Shown here: piece by piece, positions 48,367 through 56,868 of the stretch
How the letters are laid out: each line of letters begins with the position of its first letter
How positions within the stretch are numbered: the stretch's first letter is position 1
Assembly: GCA_028718865.1 (NCBI GenBank)
Contig: JAQUKX010000005.1
Span: 368-64,367 of the forward strand
DNA length: 64,000 nt
Reading direction: 5' to 3'
From: Patescibacteria group bacterium
Lineage (GTDB): Bacteria > Patescibacteriota > Patescibacteriia > UBA1558 > GWA2-36-10
Position numbers and translations under genes: made by a program
The notes under the pieces: generated by a model
Seen by the model: the letters and a program-made list of their open reading frames with translations, nothing else
Databases searched by the model: none
What the model was told of the DNA's origin: nothing

Positions 48367-48495
48367 CTTCGGGACGAAGGCCGACACCGAGCCATAGTTG
48401 TCGTTGGCATTGTTGACCCAGTTGGTGTTGAACTTGACCTTGCCGTCGTTGAAGTTGAAGATTGGCGCGTTGTTGAACTGACCATCGGCATCCGG
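48367..48495 (-). repeat. DGR template repeat (TR); the adenine-bearing sense strand is the minus strand, the same orientation as the RT
   Basis: 129 bp aligning to 48905-49033. In the TR frame it encodes PDADGQFNNAPIFNFNDGKVKFNTNWVNNANDNYGSVSAFVP. It is AAC/AAT (Asn)-rich, the classic TR signature. Confidence 0.85.
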
Positions 48496-48833
48496 ATTAT
48501 TACTTCTGTCCATCTTTTATCACCAAGTATTGGGCTTTACTTCTTATTGGCTATAAGACTATATTCTCTTTACTTTGAATTTTATTTGGCAGCAACTAAT
48601 AAAGTATCTGCACCAGACAAAAGCAAGCAGTATCTCCTCAAAATAACACTCTCTTAAAAATCTTGATTTTTAAGACTCTGGTTATATATCTTTAAAGAGA
48701 AAGTCAGGCGATGGCAATTCTTAAAATGCCATTCACTAGCCCAACTCAAAAATATTATAACAAATTATTTAAACAAAATGAAAAGAGGGTTACCCACGGT
48801 ACGTGGTACCTATGGATAACCCCCCTGTGGCGA

Positions 48834-48852
48834 GTCACCGCTACGCGGTGAC
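48834..48852. other. GC-rich hairpin about 50 bp downstream of the VR
   Basis: gtcaccgc-tac-gcggtgac, a perfect 8-bp stem. Confidence 0.5.
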
Positions 48853-48898
48853 AAGGTCTCAAAGGCTCAAAAGAACTCAAGCCTTCAAGAGTTCAAGG

Positions 48899-49780
48899 CT
48901 AGGACTGCGGGACGAAGGCCGACACCGAGCCACAGCGGTCGCCGGCACCGTTGACCCAGCGGGTGCTGACCTCGACCTCGCCGCCGCTGAAGTGGAAGAA
49001 CGGCGCGCTGCGGAACTGACCATCGGCATCCGGAGCGAACTCGTCGCCCGCACAGTCGATCCAGAGATCGTCGTAGTGCTTGAGACGCTCGGGGTGGGTG
49101 AGCAGCATGATGGCGATCTCGTAGGCACCGAGACCGAACTCGTCGGAGGTGAAGACCTCGCGGGCTCGGCGGACGGAACTTCCACGGTGACGGAGACCGA
49201 ACTGGACCGGAACGAGCAGGATGTCGTGCTCCGATTGCTGGTCGCCGATGAGATCCAGCGCGTGGTTGGTGCGAGCCGATCGCTGCAGGTACTCGGGGCC
49301 GAGCTGGCCCTCGCGGTAGTTGTGGAACTTGCCGCCACGGGTCTGCTTGATCAGATCGAGGACGATCTGGACAGCCTCGCCGTAGGTCAGCGCGATCTTC
49401 TCCCACCTCGGGATGGCGAACCAGCCCTCGGCACCATCCGGCAGAACCTGACCAGCAACGTCCTCGTCCACCCGCATCGGGATGCCCGAGAAGAACTGGC
49501 GCAGGATCTTGCACTGCTCGGTGATCGGCTTGACCACGTAGCCCGACAGGTAGCCGTACTTGGAGGAGACCTCCTCGTCGGCGTACTGGTTGGAAACCGA
49601 GAGTTCCCTGATGGCCGCGATGATGCTGGCCTGGAACTCGCCGCCTCTCGAGATGAGCTTTTGGATGCGATCCTTGTCCAGGTTCGCTTCCTGAAGTGCC
49701 CGCTGAGCTGCGTCTTCGACGAAACGCTTGTATTGCTTGAGTTGACCGGACGTGATCGACGTGTTGGTCGTCATCGTCAT
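48899..49780 (-). CDS. DGR target protein (VR at the C-terminus; no signal peptide) with anomalously high GC
   Basis: RBS AGGAGG upstream of ATGACGATGACG. 293 aa ending ...PDADGQFRSAPFFHFSGGEVEVSTRWVNGAGDRCGSVSAFVPQS, collinear with the TR translation. Codon third positions are overwhelmingly G/C, unlike all neighbouring genes. Confidence 0.8.
   Translation of the reverse strand: MTMTTNTSITSGQLKQYKRFVEDAAQRALQEANLDKDRIQKLISRGGEFQASIIAAIRELSVSNQYADEEVSSKYGYLSGYVVKPITEQCKILRQFFSGIPMRVDEDVAGQVLPDGAEGWFAIPRWEKIALTYGEAVQIVLDLIKQTRGGKFHNYREGQLGPEYLQRSARTNHALDLIGDQQSEHDILLVPVQFGLRHRGSSVRRAREVFTSDEFGLGAYEIAIMLLTHPERLKHYDDLWIDCAGDEFAPDADGQFRSAPFFHFSGGEVEVSTRWVNGAGDRCGSVSAFVPQS
48905..49033 (-). repeat. 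DGR variable repeat (VR)
   Basis: By hand alignment to the TR there are 21 mismatches over 129 bp, 20 of them where the TR sense strand has A (T on the + strand). The 3' end carries an identical GC-rich IMH-like segment ggctcggtgtcggccttcgtccc, then cag in the VR versus aag in the TR. Confidence 0.85.
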
Positions 49781-50035
49781 ACCTCCTATTAAATCGCTGG
49801 AATGCTGTCCAGTGCAGTCTCATACTCCCTATGAGATGAGCTTTTTATGTGCTATTTAAAATTAACGCACAAAAAGCACACCTCATAGAGATTGCCTTGA
49901 ATTTATTGATATAAAGGACTATTTAAGATTATATTAGTATATCATATTTTAATTAAAATGTCAATATTCAGGATTTTGAATTTTAGCTTGAAGTGCGAAA
50001 TTAAGGCCAGTTTTATAAGGGTCTTAGAGCTAGCA

Positions 50036-50066
50036 CGAGGATGTTCGAATCCCTCCCTCTCCGCCA
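50036..50066 (+). pseudogene. 3' fragment of tRNA-Ser (duplicate of the last about 24 nt of tRNA-Ser(GCT) including CCA); candidate att-site remnant
   Basis: cgaggatgttcgaatccctccctctccgcca. The last 24 nt are identical to 46195-46218, and no 5' half is present. Confidence 0.6.
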
Positions 50067-50113
50067 CACTACGCTACTCATTATATTCGTAGCTTCGTAT
50101 GGCTTGTAGCCAC
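50063..50113. repeat. right copy of the roughly 50-bp direct repeat (partner at 46336-46388)
   Basis: See the left copy. Both contain a small hairpin (tgtggtt..aaccaca / tggcttgtagcca). Confidence 0.55.
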
Positions 50114-50273
50114 AAAAAAACACTAAACGAAAAAAATATCAAAAATCTTCATTGTTACAGATATTAGTAGGAAAAAGTAGCTTGAAGATTTTTTATTATA
50201 AAAATTATAAAATGTGTGTTAAGATAGCTTATTTACAGTAACGTAAAATTTAAACAAAAGATATAACATTACG

Positions 50274-51484
50274 ATGAGAATTGGCTTTTTTACTGAAACC
50301 TACCTACCAGACCTTAATGGAGTGACCGTTAGTCTATCTTTTGTTAAAAAAGAATTAGAAAAAAAGGCCATCAAGTGTATATTTTTGCCCCAAAAATAAA
50401 AAATTATAAAGACGAAGAAAAAAATATTATCCGCCTACGCTCTCTAACAATCCTTAATTCAGAACCAAAGCAAAAACTTCCTGTATCAACCATTGATTTT
50501 CATAAAATTCTTAACCTAAAACTAGACCTTGTTCATGGTCATGGTGGTGGACTTGTCAGTATTATTGGTTATGAGCTAGCCTTAATAAAAGGCTATCCTT
50601 ATATTTTCACATATCATACTTATATAGAAAAATACGCCCATTACTTTTTCTTGAAAAATAAAAACATAAGCTCGCCAATCATTAAAAAAAGTAGCCGTCT
50701 TATGTGCAATTTGAGCGATGCTATTCTAGTTCCAAGTAAAAAAATGAAGACTATCTTACAAAATTATGGTGTTAAAAAAGAAATTTCTGTACTCCCCAAC
50801 CCAATAAACTTAGATCGTTTCAAAAAAGGGAAAAGGGGTTTTCTTAGAAAAAAACTAAACATTACTGATGAAACTTTTATTTTATTAACTGTCTCTCGAC
50901 TAGGTCAAGAAAAAAATATTGATTTTTTAATAAGAAGCTTTTTTGAAGTTTCTAAAGAAAATAAAAAAACAGTTTTAGTAATTGTTGGCGCTGGGCCAGA
51001 AGAAGAAAAACTAAAAAAATTAACAGAAAAATTAGGCTTGGCAGAAAAAATATTTTTTACTGGTTATATTAGCGCCGAAAAAATGCCTGAAGTTTATTCT
51101 GACTCTGATATTTTTGTTTTTGCTTCTACCACTGAAACCCAGGGCTTGGTAGTATTAGAAGCGGCCGCTTGCGAATTAGCAATTATTATTGTTAAAGACG
51201 AGGCCTTTGCTGGAGTAGTAAAAAATGATTTTAATGCTTATATAGTTGCAGAAAACGAGAACTTATTTGCCAAAAAAACATTGGCTTTATTAAATGATAA
51301 TAAAAAAAGAAAACAATTTGGAATTAATTCTAATCAATGTATAAAAGAAAACTTTAATCAAAGCAAAATTATTAAACAACTTGAAGAAATTTATAGCACT
51401 GCTATTGAAATCAGAAAAAATAAACCCAGGCGAACACTTAGATTACGAAATCAAATCAAAAAATTTATTCCCTGGTTTAGCTAG
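50274..51484 (+). pseudogene. GT4-family glycosyltransferase interrupted by a frameshift in an A7 tract (50359-50365); candidate phase-variable gene, or a homopolymer sequencing error
   Basis: Frame 1 (50274-50399) gives MRIGFFTETYLPDLNGVTVSLSFVKKELEKKA-IKCIFLPQK*. The -1 frame gives ...KGHQVYIFAPK... and continues through 51484 with GT4 motifs (VGAGPEEEKL, ETQGLVVLEAAACELAII). One extra A in the A7 run would restore a single ORF of about 400 aa. Confidence 0.7.
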
Positions 51485-51511
51485 ACTAAATACAAAATTA
51501 TTAGACAAATT

Positions 51512-51546
51512 AAGCCCAGCAAAGACCAATTATCGGGTCTTTTTTG
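51512..51546 (+). terminator. intrinsic terminator after the glycosyltransferase gene
   Basis: aagacc-aattatc-gggtctt followed by TTTTTTG. Confidence 0.5.
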
Positions 51547-51603
51547 TTTTATTCTTTTTCTCACCAAAATATGCTATAATAAAAACACTTAAATAAAGGA
51601 TTT

Positions 51604-52149
51604 ATGGCTACAAAAAAATCAAAAAAAGAAGAAAAAGAATTGGAAAAAATAGAAGAAACTCAGCCTGCTGAAGGCGAATTTGGCCAAATACTGGCTGCTT
51701 GGGATTTCCCCGAATTTGTCAAAGAAAAAAAAGGCAAGTGGTGGTATATTTCCTTTGCAGTTATCTTTTTACTGATGCTAGTTTACTCCTATTTTGAAGA
51801 AAATTTCCTGTTTATGATCATCATCACTCTGTTTATTTTTGCTTATTTTTCCTTGGACAAAAAAGATCCTCAGCGCATCCCCATTGCCTTGGCCGAAGAC
51901 GGCTTGCTCCTAGGCGACAAATTCATAGACTACAAAGATTTGGAAAACTTCTATATCATCTACTACCCCCCGCAGATAAAAAACCTCTATTTTCAGCCCA
52001 AAAATCAGCTTAAAAACCGACTAATTATCTCTCTGGAAAAACAAAATCCCGTGGAAGTAAGAAAAATCCTCTTAAACCACCTGCCTGAGGACTTGGAAAA
52101 AGAAGAAATACCGGCCAGCGAAACAGTTTCCCGATTTTTCAAACTATAA
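51604..52149 (+). CDS. hypothetical membrane protein
   Basis: 181 aa with two TM helices after a charged N-terminus. An extended -10 (TGcTATAAT) lies upstream. Confidence 0.5.
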   Translation: MATKKSKKEEKELEKIEETQPAEGEFGQILAAWDFPEFVKEKKGKWWYISFAVIFLLMLVYSYFEENFLFMIIITLFIFAYFSLDKKDPQRIPIALAEDGLLLGDKFIDYKDLENFYIIYYPPQIKNLYFQPKNQLKNRLIISLEKQNPVEVRKILLNHLPEDLEKEEIPASETVSRFFKL

Positions 52150-52219
52150 AAATTATTGCCCCCCCAATAACAAAAGCGACTGCAAGCTGAACTCCGGTTC
52201 AGCTTTAATCGGCCAAAAA

Positions 52220-54292
52220 ATGCCAAAATTTAGCCGACAAGACCATCTGACACGTCTCCACTCCATTGCTCTGAAGCTGGAGCCGGATTTTAAAAAGCTG
52301 AAAATAAAAAATATCGGCGATCTGCTCTGGCATTTTCCCAATCGCTACGAGGACTTGAGCCAAATAAAAAAAATAAGCGAGCTCAAAGAAAATGAACTGA
52401 TTTCCCTCAAAGTAAAAATAGACAGCCTCAAAAGCTACCGTTCTTGGCGCAAAAAAATATTTATCACTCAGCTAAGCGCCAGCGACTCCAGCGGCAAAAT
52501 TCAAGCTAGCTGGTTTGGTCAAAAATTCATCAGCCAAACTTTAAAGATAGGCGACGAAATTTATCTAAGCGGTAAAGCTCAAAAAAAAGGAAATATCTGG
52601 ACTTTCACCAGTCCAAATTATGAAAAAGTAAAATATAACCCTCTCCACAGCGCCCGACTAGTGCCGATTTATCCTCTCAGTGGCCAAATCAGCCAAAAGC
52701 AACTGCGGTTTTTGATGGATAGAGCCCTGCAGCTGACGCCGCCGCTGGCTGACCGCCTGCCGGCAGAAATAATCAAGGCTGAAAATTTTCCCGATATCAA
52801 TTCTTCTTTGCAGGAAATTCATTTTCCTCAAAATGAAGAAAAATTAGCCTCCGCCACTGCTCGGCTAAAATTCCAAGAACTTTTTTACCTGCAATGCAAA
52901 TACCAGCTGGCCAAAAAACAATACCAGAGCCTGCCCAGTTACTCGCTGTCTCTCAATCAAGAACTGCTCAACAAAATTCTCCAACAACTGCCTTTTGTCC
53001 TTACTCTTGACCAGCAAAAAGCCCTGTATGATATTTTGGCTGATATCAGACAAAATAAGCCAATGAATAGACTACTGGAAGGCGATGTTGGGTCAGGCAA
53101 AACAATCGTGGCTTTTCTAGCTGCATTCAACACGGTTTCTTTGGGACACCAAGCAACGCTGATGGCGCCCACTGAAATACTGGCCCGCCAGCATTTTGAC
53201 AATACTCTCAAAATTTTGCCGGCAAAATTCCGCCGAGAAATCGCCCTTTATACTCGCAGTCAGATTTTATCCGGCCAAAACAAAAAGCTGAGCAAAAAAG
53301 AAATAAACGAAAAAATAAAAAACAGGAAGATAAATTTTGTTATTGGCACCCACTCTCTTATCCAAGAAGCAGTGGCTTTTGATAAATTGGCACTGGTAAT
53401 AATTGACGAGCAGCACCGCTTCGGCGTCAGGCAAAGAAAAGCCCTCAAAGAAAAAAATCTAAATAAAAAAGTCCCTCACCTGCTGTCTATGACTGCTACG
53501 CCCATTCCTCGCACTCTGGCGCTCACGCTATACGGCGATTTGGACATTTCCCTGATAAAAACCAAGCCCGCCGGCCGGCAAAAAATAAAAACTTTTCTGG
53601 TGCCGGAAGAAAAAAGAGTCGCTGCCTATGATTTTTTACGGCAAAAAATCCAGACGGGCGGTCAAGCTTTTGTCATTTGCCCTTTGATAGAAGACAGCGA
53701 CAAGCTGGGACTAAAGTCCGTCAAAAAAGAATACAAAAAATTAAATCAAACTGTTTTTCCTGACTTAGAAATAAGAATGCTCCACGGCAAGCTCAAAGCT
53801 CAAGAAAAAGAAAAAATAATGACTGACTTTAAGGCCGGCAAATTTCCCATTCTAGTTGCCAGTTCCGTAGTGGAAGTAGGAGTAGATATTCCTCAAGCTT
53901 CTTTGATGCTGATAGAAAGTGCCGAAAGATTTGGCTTGTCTCAGCTTCATCAATTTCGTGGTCGCATAGGTCGCAATAATCAAGAAAGTTTTTGTCTGCT
54001 CTTTACCAGCGACAATTCCCAGCTGAATAAGGAAAGGCTCAAGGCCTTGGTTAAAAATGATGATGGTTTTGAGCTAGCGCAAATTGATCTGGAACTAAGA
54101 GGATCAGGAGAAATCTTTGGCCATAAGCAAAGTGGCTTGATAAAATTAAAAATCGCCCGCCTAACTGATCTTGAGCTAATCAAAAAAGCCCAAAACTGGG
54201 CCAAAAAAGTTCTAGCTAATAAAAAATATCTGGAACAGGATAATTTTCAAAAAATTATCCGCCAGTTAAAACAGGAAATGCATTTGGAATAG
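52220..54292 (+). CDS. recG: ATP-dependent DNA helicase RecG
   Basis: Wedge and OB domains, helicase motifs (GDVGSGKT, DEQHRFG) and a RecG C-terminus. Confidence 0.9.
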   Translation: MPKFSRQDHLTRLHSIALKLEPDFKKLKIKNIGDLLWHFPNRYEDLSQIKKISELKENELISLKVKIDSLKSYRSWRKKIFITQLSASDSSGKIQASWFGQKFISQTLKIGDEIYLSGKAQKKGNIWTFTSPNYEKVKYNPLHSARLVPIYPLSGQISQKQLRFLMDRALQLTPPLADRLPAEIIKAENFPDINSSLQEIHFPQNEEKLASATARLKFQELFYLQCKYQLAKKQYQSLPSYSLSLNQELLNKILQQLPFVLTLDQQKALYDILADIRQNKPMNRLLEGDVGSGKTIVAFLAAFNTVSLGHQATLMAPTEILARQHFDNTLKILPAKFRREIALYTRSQILSGQNKKLSKKEINEKIKNRKINFVIGTHSLIQEAVAFDKLALVIIDEQHRFGVRQRKALKEKNLNKKVPHLLSMTATPIPRTLALTLYGDLDISLIKTKPAGRQKIKTFLVPEEKRVAAYDFLRQKIQTGGQAFVICPLIEDSDKLGLKSVKKEYKKLNQTVFPDLEIRMLHGKLKAQEKEKIMTDFKAGKFPILVASSVVEVGVDIPQASLMLIESAERFGLSQLHQFRGRIGRNNQESFCLLFTSDNSQLNKERLKALVKNDDGFELAQIDLELRGSGEIFGHKQSGLIKLKIARLTDLELIKKAQNWAKKVLANKKYLEQDNFQKIIRQLKQEMHLE

Positions 54293-54321
54293 AGACAACT
54301 CTGTCTTTGGAAACTAAAAAA

Positions 54322-55050
54322 TTATCGAAATCTACTACCATATCTTAATTCATTTGAAACACAAGTACAATCAATTGACTCGCCTTGATCTGATCTAGAA
54401 ATCATATATTCCATAGTACATCTCTCATAAGTAGTTCCGCCTTTGGGTATAACACAAGATGCATCAGAACGACTACATCTAAGTCCCCCCGGACAAGTCC
54501 TATCGGTTCCCTCATAAACTACTGTGAAAGCGCCCGATGATCCGCAATCATGATTTTGAGCCTCTTGCATACACGAACCTAGTAAATCTAAAGGAATATT
54601 TACTCTGGGAACATTAACAACTTCCAATCCAGTAAATGTAACCAAACGGTTACTTATCTGGGCCAAAAGCAAATAACTACCAAAAAGCAAAATCAATCCT
54701 ACGACTGCTCCTTGGATAGTGTCTTTGGCTGCAGAGATTTTCTCCGGGTTACCGGCGGCCATCAGCCATTTCCAGCCAGCCAAGACCAGCATAAACATGG
54801 CTACCAATCCGGCTACAGTTGCTCCATACTGATAAATAGCAATAATATAATTGGCCAAAGTACTGCCGTCTCCCATCACTCTATCAACCGAAAAACCCGG
54901 AATAGGAATTTGGGGAGTGAAAGGTATGCCTACTCGTTCTCCAGATTCATTAAGAATAACATCTTGAGCCAAAACATTACTTATAGAAAAAGTAAAAAAC
55001 GAAAAAAAACCTAGAAACAAAACTGGCAAAAAATATCTTTTTTTCTTCAT
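54322..55050 (-). CDS. VirB2/TrbC-like T4SS pilin-type protein with a cysteine-rich C-terminal extension
   Basis: Signal peptide, then two hydrophobic helices separated by a short loop (ANYIIAIYQYGATVAGLVAMFMLVLAGWKWLMAAGNPEKISAAKDTIQGAVVGLILLFGSYLLLAQI), then an eight-Cys domain. Confidence 0.45.
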   Translation of the reverse strand: MKKKRYFLPVLFLGFFSFFTFSISNVLAQDVILNESGERVGIPFTPQIPIPGFSVDRVMGDGSTLANYIIAIYQYGATVAGLVAMFMLVLAGWKWLMAAGNPEKISAAKDTIQGAVVGLILLFGSYLLLAQISNRLVTFTGLEVVNVPRVNIPLDLLGSCMQEAQNHDCGSSGAFTVVYEGTDRTCPGGLRCSRSDASCVIPKGGTTYERCTMEYMISRSDQGESIDCTCVSNELRYGSRFR

Positions 55051-55059
55051 AAAATATAT

Positions 55060-56283
55060 TTATCTTAATCTAATACTCTGCAAAGTGCCTGTTTTGGCGT
55101 CAGTGAAATAAAGTAGTGAACCGTCAGCTGAAAGAAATAAATTATAAGCGCTATAACCGCCTCTGGCTCCTACTGGTGAAGCCAGCATAGTTCTTTGTCC
55201 ACTGGTTAAGTTGACACTATAAAAATTATCCGGATAATCATGCGCAATTTCCGGGAAAAGCCCGGCTCCTCGCGGCAGTCCTTGAGGTACAGCGCAATAA
55301 AGATTATTTTCTCCGGCAAAAGTGCATTTTTCCGGCCAAGTAGCCAGATTCAGGGAAACTTTGAGATCGCCTAGTTGGCTGGTATTGCCCTTGGTAATCC
55401 ATAAATTAGGGTTGTAGTTATTTTGCTCATTATAAACGCTATAAAGCAAAGAATTGCCCTGCGGCGACCAGCTAGAAGTAAAGCCCGCGCCGCTAACAGC
55501 AAAAGACTTGAAATTTTCTCCCCTCATGCCTAGAGGGTATACTTCCTGCGCATCCAGGCCTGTCGCCTTGCTGTGCAAAGCCACTACTTGATTGTCCGGT
55601 GAAAAACCCACTTGGACAGTATGGGCATTTTCCCCCAAGGGCTCCACCAACCGCATACCCGAGCCGTCTTCATTGGCAACTATCAGCCAATTGTAATCGG
55701 CTGATTGCCCTTGCCATTTAGCGGCGATTTGAGTGCCACTAGAATTAAAAGAAAAATTTTCCAGCTCTCTGGGCAGAGTCACTTGCTTTTGCGTGCGAAA
55801 ATCATACAAAATTTTCATTCCATCAGGGTATTCCAAAATCGCTTTATCGCCATAATTATCCCAAGTTACTTTTTCCACCTGAAAAAACTTCCTGTCCGAT
55901 AAAGAAACCAAATTGCCATTTTCATCCAGCCGGAAAAACTGCTGCTTATCAGCATCATAATATTGCAAGCCGGCAGAAGTAGGCAGTAGTCCTTTGACCG
56001 TATTATTGACAACTTCCTTGACTTCCGTCAAACCGCCGCTGGCTACTGGCGATACCTGGTCTCGGATAAGCGCCTGCCAAGGCAAACCTTGATCGCTTGT
56101 GCCAGTATCCTGACCAATGATAGCCACATCCCCCGATCCGATAATAGGTATATCGCCAGCACTGAAATCACCAGGAGCATCTGTTTCCGTAACGCTGCGA
56201 AAAAACACCCAATAAAGAGAAAAACCTACAAAAACAACAAAAACGAGAAAGAGTACGGTCAAAATAATTTTTTTTAAATTCAT
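55060..56283 (-). CDS. membrane-anchored beta-propeller (TolB/PD40-like repeat) protein
   Basis: N-terminal TM helix. Repeated FSPDNQ/WSPQGN-type PD40-like motifs. Confidence 0.5.
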   Translation of the reverse strand: MNLKKIILTVLFLVFVVFVGFSLYWVFFRSVTETDAPGDFSAGDIPIIGSGDVAIIGQDTGTSDQGLPWQALIRDQVSPVASGGLTEVKEVVNNTVKGLLPTSAGLQYYDADKQQFFRLDENGNLVSLSDRKFFQVEKVTWDNYGDKAILEYPDGMKILYDFRTQKQVTLPRELENFSFNSSGTQIAAKWQGQSADYNWLIVANEDGSGMRLVEPLGENAHTVQVGFSPDNQVVALHSKATGLDAQEVYPLGMRGENFKSFAVSGAGFTSSWSPQGNSLLYSVYNEQNNYNPNLWITKGNTSQLGDLKVSLNLATWPEKCTFAGENNLYCAVPQGLPRGAGLFPEIAHDYPDNFYSVNLTSGQRTMLASPVGARGGYSAYNLFLSADGSLLYFTDAKTGTLQSIRLR

Positions 56284-56312
56284 GATATTTTATAAAATAT
56301 TTTTATTTGAAA

Positions 56313-56837
56313 TTAAGTGCCGATAATATTACCGATAATATTGCCAAACCAGTCTTGCAACAATTGGCCAAAAATTGCCAAAAAATCAGCTGGGCTTAAA
56401 GCCATGCGCAAAATTATCATCAATAAACCAAAAAACAGAATAAAAGTAAGTAAAATTATCAAAGAAACCACCCCCCAAACTATCTGCTCCCAAAGCTCCA
56501 AAGGAGGCACACCTGATACTTTGAGCCAATTTCCCAAAATCATCTGAGCGGTCATAATCAAATACGCTACTATCAACCCAACCAGACTAGCGGCAAAGGC
56601 CCAAGATACCCGACGCAACATCATCTGCCTAGCTCTCTGCTTAGCCAGCTCGGCTGCCTGTCTAAAAGCTTCCTGCTTGATATCTTCTGCACTGGCAATG
56701 GCTTTTTTCCTAGCCAAATTTTGAGCTATGTTAAGAGCTCGAGAATTAGCGGCTTCATTTTGACCGCTTTCTTCCTCTTCTTCCGGCTCATAGCCACCAT
56801 AATATTCTCTTTCAGCTGTACTAGCAACTGCTGACAT
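56313..56837 (-). CDS. hypothetical two-TM membrane protein with an acidic N-terminus
   Basis: 174 aa, hydrophobic C-terminal half. Confidence 0.4.
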   Translation of the reverse strand: MSAVASTAEREYYGGYEPEEEEESGQNEAANSRALNIAQNLARKKAIASAEDIKQEAFRQAAELAKQRARQMMLRRVSWAFAASLVGLIVAYLIMTAQMILGNWLKVSGVPPLELWEQIVWGVVSLIILLTFILFFGLLMIILRMALSPADFLAIFGQLLQDWFGNIIGNIIGT

Positions 56838-56868
56838 AAAAAATCAATAATTAACTATTATAAATTAT

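Larger units (their letters stand above)
46921..49780 (-). mobile_element. complete DGR cassette in an unusual order: target-VR, TR, Avd (opposite strand), RT
   Basis: All four DGR components (RT, Avd, TR, target/VR) are present within 2.9 kb. Confidence 0.85.

Noticed and set aside
48190-48513. ORF-track protein 48190..48513 (-), 107 aa.
   Set aside because: It is the template repeat read in the VR frame (Asn-rich PDADGQFNNAPIFNFNDGKVKFNTNWVNNANDNY) plus flanking non-coding sequence, not an independent gene.
48803-49823. Several long overlapping ORFs on both strands (48803..49792 +, 48885..49823 -, 48877..49338 -) in the GC-rich block.
   Set aside because: High GC suppresses stop codons in all frames. 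Only the 48899..49780 minus-strand frame has an RBS-preceded ATG and ends in the VR that matches the TR in frame.
46127-50113. A prophage or integrative element with an integrase.
   Set aside because: No integrase, capsid, terminase or other phage structural genes lie between the repeats. Only a GIY-YIG nuclease, tRNAs and the DGR are present, so this is described as an islet of uncertain mobility.
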